This document shows positions 38,438 to 51,459 of a stretch of DNA of 64,000 nucleotides, piece by piece. This DNA comes from Squalus acanthias (taxonomy: Eukaryota). The stretch lies in the NCBI GenBank assembly GCA_030390025.1, contig CM059432.1, positions 38,380,001 through 38,444,000 of the forward strand. Direction: 5' to 3'. Every line of letters begins with the position of its first letter. Within the stretch, counting starts at the first letter, position 1. A model generated the notes under the pieces. It worked only from the letters and a program-made list of their open reading frames with translations, was not told the DNA's origin and made no database searches. The position numbers and the translations under genes are program-made.

Positions 38438-38921
38438 ATTTTTGCCTATTTAAATGTGCTGTTCTCTGAGAATGCATGCCATGGTTGTGATGGTAGCGAG
38501 ACTCTAGTAGGAGTCTGTGCATCCCTACATTCTGTCTTGAAGGAGTTGGTAAAAGGGCAACACTGTGCCAAGCAGCAAGTGGAGGAACAGGGAAAAAGTG
38601 TGGGTATAAAGAATGGTGATTGGGGGGGGGGTTGCTGGTTTGATTCTAAGGCTTCTCTTTTTATTCAAGGTGGGATGGAACAGTTATAAGGCCAGGGGAG
38701 GGAGGGTTTTTGTTCTGTGGTGAGGAGAGAGTTGTTAGTGGCTCAGGATAGGGCCAGACAAATTTCTTCATCAGCTGACAAGAGGGCTTGTGGTTATTTA
38801 CCCTCGCCTGCCTCCAAATAGGCCATCTCACAAAAGGGGAGGTGGCACAATACTGTACACTATTCCATCGCTAATTGTAAGAGACTAGCAGCATTCAGCA
38901 ACAAATAGCAGCAAAGCCATT

Positions 38922-39664
38922 GGCCCAGAAATTGATCTCGCTCTGTTCCCGCGGGGGTAAGGAGCAGACGCGATCTCTCACTCCGCGTTGGCTTTTTCAG
39001 ATCCAGCTCGCACGAACTTGATGTTCCAGACATCAGCTGGGCAGTGCTTGCGTATCTCACCGGCGTAGTGAATTCGTGCGAGCTGTGGGATCACGTGACT
39101 CAGTTAGAGCCAATGGCAGCACACCATCTTCCATTCATAAGTTTCATATACGTGCTGTGAAAGCTATGAATCTTACACCCCCCCAAAATAACAGCTAAAC
39201 CTCAATTAAATTTAAAAAAAACCATCACATTAATAAAATAAGTATAGTTAAATAAATTAACCATTTTAAATAAAAAATTAAATTTTTGAAAAAATTTAAA
39301 ATCTTTTAAAAAGTTATAAAAATAAACTTACCTGTCTTTAAAGTCTCTAAAAAAGATATACCTGTTAAAAAAAAATTCAAAAAAATACTTAATTCACTAC
39401 TTACCTTGTTAAAAGTGGGTCTTACTCCTCCTTTTTCCATTTCTAAAATCTTCCGTCCTTACCTGCGCGTCCAAAGCACTAAGTGCACAGCGTGCGCGCA
39501 GCCTGTAGCGCGCACGCGATGCACCGAGGAACCGCCCCCTTTTCCAAAGACCAAGTGCCGGTTTTCAGCGCATGCGCAGGGCATGCAGAAAACCGGCAAT
39601 TGGAGAGAGAATACGCGAGAGTACGCACTGCGTACTCTCGCGCAGCGGGATGAATTTTTGGCCC
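38922..39664. mobile_element. Harbinger-type MITE with an AT-rich core
   Basis: TIRs GGCCCAGAAATT / AATTTTTGGCCC; perfect ATT TSD; CpG-rich ends. Confidence 0.8.
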
Positions 39665-41513
39665 ATTGTTTTATTCAAAATACCAAAAATAAAGCCCTTT
39701 CTTGACAACATCAGCATGTCATTTAAAGCCTCCAAAACCCCGGAATGGTAATTCAGGAAACAGTTTTGCCAGTTTTTATAGGGGCTCCTGAATTGCACTG
39801 AGTGCAGTTGGAGGAAATCTGTGTACAGAGCCATTTGACATTTGTATGTAATTTACATTGCTGCGCATTGTCAGATACAGTCAGGTGCAGACACCAGAAG
39901 AGCCATAGTGGAGGGTCCAGTACTGTGCTATTCAGGCACAGGATGGGGAGCAGAAATGCTAATTTTTCCTTTGCATTGCACACCTTTTTTGAACCACTAT
40001 TTGAGAGCAAGGAAGAGGAAAATCTACCCTACTGTCTTTTTACCTCTGCGATGTGGCTTCCAATTTAGTCCAGGTGTTTGGGATGGAAGTCTCCTCACTG
40101 CTTGGGTCCTGTATAAAAATTTTGGGTAGTCTTAACCCAGTTCCTAAAGGTCCACAGCACAAAATTGACCATATTTTGCACTAAGGAGTATATAGGAACA
40201 TCGGAATGTAGGAACATAGAAACAGCAGTAGGCCATTCAGCCCCTCGAGCCTGTTCCGCCATTCAATGCGATCATGGCTGATCTGTATCCTAACTCTATC
40301 CTCTGTGTAAAATGTAATGAGAACTTGGGCATGAGCAAACAGGTGAGCAAGATCGGTAGTGAGTGACTCTGGCCCAAAGGTTCTAACTCCAATCATAAAA
40401 TAGGTAGAAAGGCAATAAAAAAAACAATAACTGTTAAGGGCTTCTTAAAGGCCAATAGTGATAAAATAACGTGCAGGAATGAATAAAATTGAAAACAGAG
40501 TTCTGCATTTCCACTCAGAACAAGGGTTGACCGCAGGAAAGAAGCTTGTGATGTGTCAGCCTAGCTAGTAATTATTCTTGAAAAACAGATTCAGGTTTAG
40601 GGAGAATATGAGGGACGTTATGAACTTCCCAGTTACAACCCTGACCCGATTCCCAGGTATATTCCCAAACTAACTGCTGCTGACATCCTGATCCAATTCT
40701 TACAGCTCACACATTCTAATGAATGAACTTACAACCAATGAGTTAGCCACTCCTATGGAGAGGATGGACATATAAAGGCATACAAATTAATTGATTAGGA
40801 TGCTCACATACTGAAATGAAGGAAGATAGCTGACAACCTTCACTGAAAATCATCGGCAAAGATGTTATGTAATAACAAATAGGTCTGAATTTTAAAAGCA
40901 GGAAAGAGTTCCGGTTCTGTGAGGGTTAAATGTTAATACTGTTGAGATGACGTACAATGAAAATTCAGGAAGGAATTTAATAACACAAAGTAGACCAATC
41001 TTTTAATCCCTTTAAACAGCTCTGACTATGTAATATTAGATTTCTGTAAAAGTCTCTAGCCCTGAACGGAAAGGCAAATTTCCTGACAGCAGCTGCAATA
41101 GGTGGAGCCTGAGATAAAATCAGAGTGGTAACACTGAACAGATCACATATTCAATCTGTGATTTATGGGAAAGCAGATAATGTGACAGCAGACATCTGCT
41201 ATGCCAGCACAACTGCCCTATTTCTACTATTGAGTTGCCTTTTCTGCTCCCTTATTGCCTTAATTTTGAAAGGAAGTTTTTTTCAAATAGTTTAAAACTT
41301 ATGTTAAAGGTTAAATTGAAGCAAGAGAAACAGGATTCCACATTTATTCACTTACAGTGGCCTGAATCATTCATATTTTCATTCATTTGTTCGCGGTTTC
41401 ACTCAAGATGATTGTAAGTATTTGCAGCTCAATGGTTTTATTGCTTCTGTTCTGTTGAGTTTAAAAATAAGCAAAGCCAGTACTTATGATGAAGGGGTGA
41501 CGTTCTTTAGCAG

Positions 41514-41718
41514 AGGCCTAGAAATTACTGTTTGCAATATTAGCATATGAATGTTCAATACATCTGTCTGACATTCTTTTTTCTGCTATTTTCACAGAGG
41601 CACCAACTTGCTTAAAATAAATGGGCAAATGCTCTGTTAATATAGCAGACAAGATAATGACGATACGAACATGTTACGTATCCATCCATTAATACTGCAA
41701 AGAGTAATTTCTGAGCCC
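41514..41718. mobile_element. Small decayed MITE
   Basis: About 28-bp imperfect TIRs AGGCCTAGAAATTACTGTTTGCAATATTA / TAATACTGCAAAGAGTAATTTCTGAGCCC; no TSD retained. Confidence 0.6.
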
Positions 41719-42607
41719 TAAAGGACATAAGTCATAACCCTAATGAATATAAATCAAGGATGAAAAAGTACAATTAGGCTTGTTAAAGCTCGAACATCTA
41801 GCACCCTAAGGCCCCAATCTTGACTGGAGTGGGATTTCTCAGCAGGGGAGAGGAGATGTGGTCAGGAAACCTGGAAGCACACCTGTTCCTCCTTGCCCAC
41901 AAGCAGTGCTGGCAAGGCACTTACCTCTTCAACACAGCAGTCCTCGCCGCCCTTTAACTGCTGGGTTTCCCAAGGCCCGGGAAACCCGACCGGCCAGGGT
42001 TAAACTTGGAAAACAGATAAAATGTGAGGCACGCAGCTTCATTATAATATTTAAATGACCAACTCACCTCCTGGGAGCGGGTTGGTTGCCTGTCCCCCGT
42101 CCTGTCTCCATTAAAACCAGAAGTGGGTGGGTTCGAGGCGGGTTTGAGATTTAAAAAATTTTCACATCCAACTCAACCCAAACCCACCTGTTTTTGGGGG
42201 TTAAAATTCCCTCGAAGTCTCCCAATGTAGGATCCAACTGCAGAGATGAGAAACTATAGCCATGAGGAGAGACTTGAGCCACTGGACTAGAGAAGGCTGA
42301 AAGGAGATTTAATCAAGGTATTTAAAATTATGAAAGGTTTGATAGGGCGAATGGGGAAAGGTTGTTTTCTGTATTTGGAAAGTCATTAATGAGGTGCTAT
42401 TCATTTAAAATTGTCACTGAATGAGGAGAGAGGTTAGGAGATTTATTTTGTCTAACAGAGTTGTGAAATACTTTGCCACAAGCAGTATTGGGGCAGAGAT
42501 GATTTTATGGAAAAGTGAATAAACATTAGAGCAGATTTAAATACAGGGCTGTTGGGAGAATGAAGGGTATTGAGATTTGTTCTGAATTGCTCCAGCAAAG
42601 ACACAAC

Positions 42608-43962
42608 ACAGACTACTCTCAATCATCAGCAAAGTGATGGAAGGTGTCATCGACAGTGTCATCAAGCGGCACTTACTCACCAATAACCTGCTCACTGATG
42701 CCCAGTTTGGTTTCCGCCAAGACCAATCAGCTCCTGACCTCATTACAGCCTTGGTCCAAACATGGACAAAAGAGCTGAATTCCAGAAGTGAGGTGCGAGT
42801 CACTGCCCTTGACATCAAGGCAGCATTTGACCGAGTCTGGCATCAAGGAGGCCTAGTAAAACTGAAGTCAATGGGAATCGGGGGGAAAACTCTCCACTGG
42901 CTGGAGTCATACCGAGCACAAAGGAAGATGGTTGTGGTGGTTGAAGGTCAATCATCACAGCCCCAGGACATCGCTGCAGGAGTTCCTCAGGGCAGTGTTC
43001 TAGGCCCAACCATCCTCAGCTGCTTCATCAATGACCTTCCCTCCAACATAAGCTCAGAAATGGGGATGTTCGCTGATGACTGCACAGTGTTCAGCGCCAT
43101 TCACAACTCCTCAGATAATGAAGCAGTCCATGCCCGCATGCAACAAGACCTGGACGACGTTCAGGCTTGGGCTAATAAGTGGCATGTAACATTGGCGCCA
43201 CAGAAGTGCCAGGCAATGACTATCTCCAACAAGCGAGAGTCTAACCACCGCCCCTTGACATTCAAAGGTATTACCATCGCCAAATCCCCCACCATCAACA
43301 TCCTGGGGGTCACCATTGACCAGAAACTTAACTGGACCAGCCACATAAATACTGTGGCAACAAGAGCAGGTCAGAGGTTAGGTATTCTGCGGCGAGTGTC
43401 TCACCTCCTGACTCCCCAAAACCTTTCCACCATCTACAAGGCACAAGTAAGGAGTGTGATGGAATACTCTCCACTTGCCTGGATGAGTGCAGCTCCATCA
43501 ACACTCAAGAAGCTCGACACCATCCAGGACAAAGCAGCCCGCTTGATTAGCACCCCATCCACCACCTTAAACATTCACTCCCTCGTACCGTGGCTGCAGT
43601 GTGTACCAGCTACAAGATGCACTGCAGCAACTCACCAAGGCTTCTTCGGCAGCACCTCCCAAACCCGCGACCTCTTCCACCTAGAAGGACAAGGGCAGCA
43701 GGCGCATGGGAACACCACCACCTCCAAGTTCCCCTCCAAGTTACACACCATCTTGACTTAGAAGTATATCGCCGATCCTTCATCATCACTGGGTCAAAAT
43801 CCTGGAACTCCCTACCTAACAGCACTGTGGGAGTACTTTCACCACACGGACTGCAGCAATTCAAGAAAGCGGCTCACCACCACCTTCTCCAAGGGCAATT
43901 AGGGATGGGCAATAAATGCTGGCCTTGCCAGCGACGCCCACTTCCCACAAACGAATTTAAAA
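42608..43962 (+). mobile_element. 5'-truncated LINE of the CR1 supergroup (Zenon/Crack-like), inserted in an old CR1 3'UTR
   Basis: ORF 42634..43761: QFGFR, ALDIKAAFDRVWH, GVPQGSVLGP, FADD, YKAQVRSVMEY; ends AATAAA and an A-run; clade assignment tentative. Confidence 0.85.
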
Positions 43963-44111
43963 AAAGACACAACTGAGCGAATGGCCTCCTTCTGTGATAT
44001 AATCTTCTATGCATTTTGTATACCCTTAAATGCCTTGCTCTCTACTACCTTATCTAGTAGATTATTGCAAACATTTATAACTCTTGGAAGTTTATAAATG
44101 TTTGAAATAAT

Positions 44112-44240
44112 GTCCTTGAATTTCCTCTGACTTTCGGCTGCTGTGTTGCCGTAACTTGGTCAGAAATATGCTGTAAATGGGCTTTCCGATGAACTTCTGA
44201 TGAAGTTTCGGCAGCAGGAAGTCCAAGTTAATTCAGGGTC
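44112..44240. mobile_element. 129-bp MITE
   Basis: Imperfect TIRs GTCCTTGAATT / AATTCAGGGTC with further internal symmetry; AAT on both sides. Confidence 0.6.
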
Positions 44241-45799
44241 AATATCTACTTTAAATTCACACTTCATTCATTTAAATAAACATCCTCTAGTCCTATTAGT
44301 CTGACTTAATTTGAACTATTAGTCTGGTTTTATTTTATTTATGCTATTTAATATTTTATATGCCTTAGTGAGGTCCCCTTAAACTTCTTTCTAAACTGTA
44401 TAACTTGAGCTTTTCCAATCATTCTTCATGCCTCATCCTCTTTACACTTGGGATTATTCTTGTTGCTCTTCTCTGCACCCAATCCGATGCACGTCACCCT
44501 GCCCCACATATTAAATTGACCCTGACCTAGAAAAATGGGCTGGGAGCAAGATGGGAACATACAGGTGGGTGAACGTCCCACTTCCCGCAGCAATCCCGAC
44601 CATAAGAGAGAGGTATGTTCCTCCCACCCCGGTGTCTTGTACACCATTGTTCTGACTCTATATCCCAACCATCTCTTTGTAAGCATAAAATAAATAAGGA
44701 AAAAAAATGTTTTTCAATTTATTCCAAAAGCACTTGAAGTTATGAAATGTGGCCTATTTTTTATACTTGGCAGGAGAGATCTACTAGCACTTTATCTTTC
44801 TGGGACTGGTCCATTCCCCTGACTATCTAGTAGAACACACAGATTCTGATTTATATTTATTTTCCACTATATTGTTACATATAATGTAAAGCCTGTTTGA
44901 TTTATGCACAAAATTGTATCCTACAATACTCAATTTGTCTTGTTACATGTCCTGAAAAATGTACAACTCAGTTGGTAAGTGCACGGCCCAGTGTGCGACT
45001 GAACAATTCCCACAATCGATCTATGGACTTTGCTAGGTTTGATGATCCCAGCCAGAGCTGTGATAGGGGTATAACAATTGGCCAAGTGTCCCTGAACTAG
45101 GGAGAAAAAAATTAATCACGGTTGTTGTTGTCTTTTCACAGCCTTCCCTTGGAGAATAGTGTGAAGTAGTGGAAGAATTTGCAGGCTGATTAACAGTCTG
45201 AATTGAACACTCCTTCTATTCCCATAACCTTAAGTCTTGCCAATTGGATAGTTAGCCCTATATCGCAGGATGGCTTTCTGGACTCCCACAACCCATATGG
45301 TGAACCCACACGTATCGCACTGGATTTAGAACTAGGTGCTCCCATCTCCACCCACACAAGACTGTGCCGAGCGGGGTTTGAACCCTTCATCTCCTAGACT
45401 CTAAAGATGATAATGCTACCACTAAGCCAAAGGCTCACTCAATTTACCTAGGTTATCGGTCCTGATCACTGTCCACTGACCCCCTGCTGAAATATGGATG
45501 TTGCACAGGATAGGATTGGGTTCTGCTCTGGTTTCCCAATCGTTGACTAAACTTCTCTTGCTCACTGTCTAGGCTCAGATCTGAAGAATGATCAATTGGG
45601 AAAGGTACCAGGGGATAGCCAGAACCTGTGGAACTTTATTCAGCATGAGTCACTGCCTTCAGGAGAAGGCCTGAGAAAAACTGAACTTAAACAAAAAGAG
45701 ACACAGAAGACTCCTTTTACAGCAATCAGATGACAGAAAATTGTGCATAATAAATATTGTAAAGGTTACTCGATACTAGAGAGTTGTCAATATGTACAT

Positions 45800-48198
45800 A
45801 AAGACCCCGCTAAGAAAGCCCTATTCAGCCTGCGCCTCACAAACAACCTGACGACTCCCAGTGATGCAGAGACACAGAGTGCCCACAGCGCCTGGTCTGC
45901 ACTCAAGGCCTCCATAATCAGCACCTGTGAAGAGACGCTCGGTCACTCGACCAGGAAACATCAAGACTGGTTCAACGAGAACGACCAGGAGATCCAGGAG
46001 CTAATAAGCCGCAAGCGCAAGGCATTCCTGATCTGGAAACAGCAACAGAACTCGAGAGCAAGAAAGCAGCTCTACAGACACCTGAAGGCCGAGGTCCAAC
46101 AAAAAACTCGCGACCTAAAGAACAGATGGTGGGTGGAGAAAGCGCAGGAGATCCAGCAGCTAGCCGACATCCACGACGTGCGTGGATTCTTTAGCGCAGT
46201 CAAGACCACCTACGGTCCAAGCACCCAAGGTCCCACCCCACTGCAGGCCAAGAACGGAGAGGTACTCATCAAGGACAGAGAGGCAGTCAGTGCCCACCGG
46301 AAGGAGCACTTCGAAGATCTCCTTAACTGCGACTCTGTCTTCGACGCGAGTGTCCTCAACTCCATCCCGCAGCATGCTACCCGCCACCATCTCAGCACAA
46401 CCCCAGCCCGGCATGAGGTTGAAAAGGTCATCCGACAACTGAAGAACAACAAGGCCTCAGGAGCAGATGGAATCCCCGCCGAGGCACTAAAGCATGGCGG
46501 AGAAGCACTACTGGTGCGAATTCATGAACTAATTTTTCTTATCTGGAAGGAGGAGAGCATGCCAGGGGATCTCAGAGATGCCGTAATCGTGACCATCTTC
46601 AAGAAAGGTGACAAGTCCGATTGCGGTAATTACAGAGGAGTTTCCCTGCTGTCTGCCACAGGGAAAGTCATCGCAAGAATCCTCCTCAATCGCTTCTCCC
46701 AGTGGCCGAAGAGCTCCTCCCAGAGTCGCAATGTGGATTCCGCCCACTAAGGGGCACAATGGACATGATCTTCACCGCGCGCCAATTACAAGAGAAATGC
46801 AGGGAACAGCACCAACCGCTGTACATGGCCTTCTTTGATCTCACAAAGACCTTCGACACTGTCAACCGTGAGGGATTATGAAATGTCCTCCGCAAATTCG
46901 GCTGCCCTCAAAAGTTTGTCACCATCCTCCGCCAGCTTCACGACGACATGCAAGCCGTGATCCTGACCAACGGTTCCACCACAGACCCAATTCACGTACG
47001 AACCGGGGTCAAGCAAGGCTGTGTCATCGCACCAACGCTCTTCTCGATCTTCCTTGCTGCAATGCTCCATCTCACCCTCAGTAAGCTCCCCGCTGGAGTG
47101 GAGCTAATTTACAGAACAAACGGGAAACTGTTCAACCTCCGTCACCTCCAGTCCAGATCCAAGGTCGTCCCATCCTCTGTCGTCGAAATACAGTATGCAG
47201 ACGACGCTTGTGTCTGCGCTCAGTCGGAGGTCGAACTCCAAACCATCGTCAACACCTTCACCGAAGCGTACGAGAGCATGGGCCTTACACTAAACATCCG
47301 TAAGACAAAGGTCCTCTATCAACCTGCCCCCGCCACACAGTACTGCCCCCGATTATCAAAATCCACGACAAGGCCTTGGACAACGTGGATCACTTTCCAT
47401 ATCTCGGGAGCCTCCTGTCAACAAGGGCAGACGTCGACGACGAAGTCCAACACCGCCTTCAGTGTGCTAGTGCAGCCTTTGGTCTTTGAGGAAGAGAGTG
47501 TTTGAAGACCAGGACCTCAAACCCGGCACTAAGCTCATGGTCTACAGAGCAGCAGTGATACCCGCCCTGCTGTATGCCTCAGAGACATGGACCATGTACA
47601 GCAGGCACCTCAAAGCACTGGAGAGGTACCACCAACGCTGCCTCTGCAAGATCCTGAAAATCCATTGGCAGGATAGGCGCACCAACGTCAGTGTTCTTGC
47701 TCAGGCCAACATCCCCAGCATCGAAGCTTTGACCACGCTCGATCAGCTCCGATGGACAGGTCACATTGTCCGCATGCCCGATACGAGACTCCCAAAACAA
47801 GCACTCTCTACTCGGAGCTCCGGCACAGCAAGAGAGCCCCAGGTGGGCAGAGGAAACGCTTCAAGGACACCCTCAAAGCCTCCTTGAAAAAGTGTAACAT
47901 CCCCACCGACAACTGGGAATCCCTGGCCCAAGACCGCACAAAGTGGAGGAGAAGCATCCGGGAAGGCGCCGAACACCTCGAGTCTCTTCGCCGGGAGCAA
48001 ACGGAAGCCAAGCGCAGGCAGCGCAAGGAGCGCACGTCAACCCAAGCACCCCACCCACCCGCCCCTTCAACCACCGTCTGCCCCACCTGTGAGAGAGACT
48101 GTAGGTCCCGCATTGGACTCATCAGTCACCTGAGAACTCATTTTTAATGTGGAAGCAAGTCATCCTCGGTTCCGAGGGACTGCCTAAGAGAGAAGAGA
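45800..48198 (+). mobile_element. RTE-clade LINE (BovB-like), 5'-truncated, few frameshifts
   Basis: KHQDWF, KASGADGIPAE, NYRGVSLL, GVKQGCVIAP, QYADD, LLYASETW, C-terminal CPTC...HLRTH zinc finger, short GA-rich tail. Confidence 0.92.
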
Positions 48199-50134
48199 AA
48201 TATTTCTCTACAAATGCACTACTGTATTCATTTTGAATTATCGATATTTTTAACAATTTGATATAAACACTTAGGAGCACATGCTATTATTAAATCAGCC
48301 ACTGCAGTCAATACAAAATCTGAAAGACCATTTTTCTCCAACCCTCTGCCTATTAAGAATCAGCCTTGTTACAAAGAATTAGGATTTCCTTTAATATCTT
48401 TCTTTCCGTTGCCCTTTTTGTGGGAAAGTTGTTGTGTAAATAGCGAACTGCAGACATTGATGACAGTAATGATTTTTTTGTTTATCTTTGCTAAAGAAGT
48501 ACAAATGTTATCACCAGCAAGACTGGCTTGGAGGGGATACTCTCCAAGTGGTGGGTAGTTGACATGGTGAGATCGGTAAACCATGCTTGGCTTAAAGACT
48601 AATTCTACTATTGGGCACAGCATGTTGGAGAAGCGACAAGTGGCACCACAGAATTCTGGGATACAGGTCCTAATCCCCATTCCATTGACGTTCTAAAGTC
48701 AACCATGTGACTGTACAAAGGCCAGGCAGCTTTCCAGGGCTGAAGGAGAAACGGTCAGAGGAAGAGTCATGCCAGGCCTCTCTCACGCCTTTCAATGGCT
48801 GGTTTGCATTTGGATTTGGAGCAGGCTATTTGTCTCCCCTCTTTGGCCGTAGGGTGCCTGTGGCCAAGGGAGACCAGATAAAAGAAAACAGGCAGAAATC
48901 AGACTGCATCTCTGCTGTTGCTCAGACAGCTCTCCCACACCGTCAGTCTCAGTCGCTGCTCTGTCATCAGCCGAGGAGCTGCCTGCTGAAGCCAGATATA
49001 CAAAGTTGTAGTTCTGTTCCAGGAAAGGAAAACAAACAACTTCTAATGACATCTTACAGGGAAAGCATTTTATGAACTAATTTTTTTCAACTGATGTGGA
49101 TGGATGAATAACTTGGATTTAAAATAATTCTCTGTACTAATTCAGCTCCCCTTTAAATAAAAGTAAACAAAAAAAGACAACTGCAAATGTAATTTTCTAA
49201 AACCATTTTGGAACAGTGCCAATGGCAAAGCTGCTATTTTTAAAACATCGTTGTTAAATGAGGATTATTTTAGTAGGGGGAGGGGAAATTTCTAAACAGA
49301 GCTAGAAATATAAGGGGGAATTTGAACTCCCGGGAGACCTGGCCAGGATCTGCAGTGTGAGGTCAGGTCCATATTAATGACCGGGCCTCATTAACATCCC
49401 ACCAGCCGGCAAATTCTGACACCATGTTTGGAGTGCAATGTTGGCTCCCATAATAAACAACAGTCCTGACTGTCTTATCAGGAGCTTTTTCCCACTATCC
49501 CTGCTTTCAGTGGAGAAATGATGATTATATAAAGCAACCAACTGAGATCATTCCTTTTTACTGGTATTTAAAACATCCAGATTCATAATGCTGTGAGTTG
49601 CTGACATTAACAAAACACAATTTCAGCTGATTATATATGTTAACACACCAGCAGATCTTTCTCCACATAATAAGAAAAATATGTTATCGATGGAATTTTC
49701 AATTCTAGATGCCCCTGGTCAAGAACCAGATCATTCTAAACTGGTTTTCAACAAGGTCTATAAAATGTAAATAGTTTTACTACTGGTAGCCTGAATGTCC
49801 CTGGAGGAGTGAACACATCACACAATACACAATATCATGTCTTGTGCAAATGGCAGTGTACACAACCCCAGAAGTAAAGGCAAGTTTTTCTAATTTAGTG
49901 TTTTCAGCCCATTAAATACGTTTTCTGGCTCAATTCTAATACAGGATTCCAGCAAATTGGTCTCTTGAAAGAATCATTGTCAATCTGCCAGTGAAGAGGA
50001 GAGGCAATGCAACCGTGGCAACAGCTTCACAAAGTTAATGCATTGAAACTTCAACTGAAAATTGAACTTTTCAAATCCTCCATTAAAAAAGTTTTTTTGC
50101 AAGCAGTGATTCATATTTTCCAACTTTACAGAAA

Positions 50135-51459
50135 CGGTAGCATAGTGGTTATGTTATTGGACTCGTAATCCAGAGTCCTGGACTAATGATCCAGAAGACG
50201 TGAATTCAAATGCCATCACAGCAGCTGGGGAATTTAAATTCAATTAATTAAATAAATCTGGAATTAAAAAGCTTGGGGGGAAAAATTCAGTATCGCCCCA
50301 TTTGGGGCGCAATTATCGGCCGGGCGCAAAGATTAGCGCCTGGCGCTAATTATCGCCTCCGACTGCAAATGACTTTTATCGCCCCTGGAGGTGATTGGAG
50401 CGCTAAATCAGGCGCTACACATCTGTCTTAAGGCGCAAAGGCCGAGGAGCGAGGTGCTAACTCAGAGCGTTGGCGAAGCTCATTTGATGTCAGTCAGCAA
50501 TGGAACACAGACACAATGGCCCCGGCCAGTTCTTAAAGGGGAGGGTTGATCTTGCTTTCCATCCACATCCTGCTCATTGCAGCCTTGAATCTCGGCCTGG
50601 AGAGACCTGTACATCAAATCTGCTGGAAAGAACAATGGAGAGTACCAGGGAAAGAGCTCAGAGTGCAGCCCCCACAGTCTCTTCTAAATCCATACAAGGA
50701 AGGGCAAATCAAAATGAACCTGCAAAGTGCTGCTCAGTACCCAAAACTCCTTCACACAGCATTGAATCTCTCCAGAAGTCTCTCTCTCTCTCTCTCAGAA
50801 TGCGTGGTGCAAAAATGTCGCCAACAAAAAAAGGCAGGAAGCTTTCGCCTTTAAATAGCGCTCCCCCAGTCCCTTCCTGACTGCAAAACGCTCCCCTCAA
50901 CCTGTCGTTGCTAGCGGCAGGCAGTAAGGCAGGGGGCGCCACTCAATATCCGCTCCGGGGCGCTACCGGGGTGTTGCGCACTCGACTGACGTCACGATCT
51001 GCCGGCGCAGGAGATCGTGGCGGTACTGTTTAGCGCCACCGCAAAATGTCTAGTTAATTTCGCGAGCGGCGCAAACATCGCCGCGCCCGGGTGCTAGTTG
51101 CTTTGCGCCCCATTAGCGCCCTCTTAAGGCGCTAACGGGAGGCGCAACCAACTGAATTTTTCCCCCAAGTATCTTAGTAATGGTGACCATGAAACTATCA
51201 GATTGTTATAAAAACCCAACTGGTTCACTAATGTCCTTTAGGGAAGGAAATCTACCATCCTTACCTGGTCTGGCCTATATGTGACTCCAGACCCACAGCA
51301 GTGTGGTTGACTCTTAACTGCGCTCTGAAATGGCCTAGCAAGCCACTCTGTCGTATCAAAAAAAACTGCTACGATGGACTGCAGTGGTTCAAGAGGCAGC
51401 TCACCACCACCTTCTCAAAGGGCAATTAGGGATGGGCAATAAATGCTGGCCTTCCAGCG
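50135..51459 (+). mobile_element. tRNA-derived SINE with a 3' tail shared with the 42608-43962 LINE; split by a MITE
   Basis: Head TAGCATAGTGG (A box) and GAATTCAAATG (B-box-like); tail GGACTGCAG...CACCACCACCTTCTC...GGGCAATAAATGCTGGCC matches 43848-43935. Confidence 0.75.
50276..51166 (+). mobile_element. Harbinger MITE family A, complete copy (about 890 bp)
   Basis: TIRs GGGGGAAAAATTCAG / CTGAATTTTTCCCCC; reverse-collinear with 59844-60736; flanks TTG/AAG (TSD not intact). Confidence 0.92.

Noticed and set aside
42597..43973. 11-bp TSD AAAGACACAAC around the LINE
   Set aside because: It overlaps the A-tail and a repetitive part of the host CR1 3'UTR, so the true duplication length is ambiguous
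50500..50880. 126-aa ORF open in both complete MITE copies (also 60130..60510)
   Set aside because: It spans the deletion junction and UTR-derived sequence, shows many amino-acid changes, has no domain, and is broken in the copy at 1-441; recent common ancestry explains it
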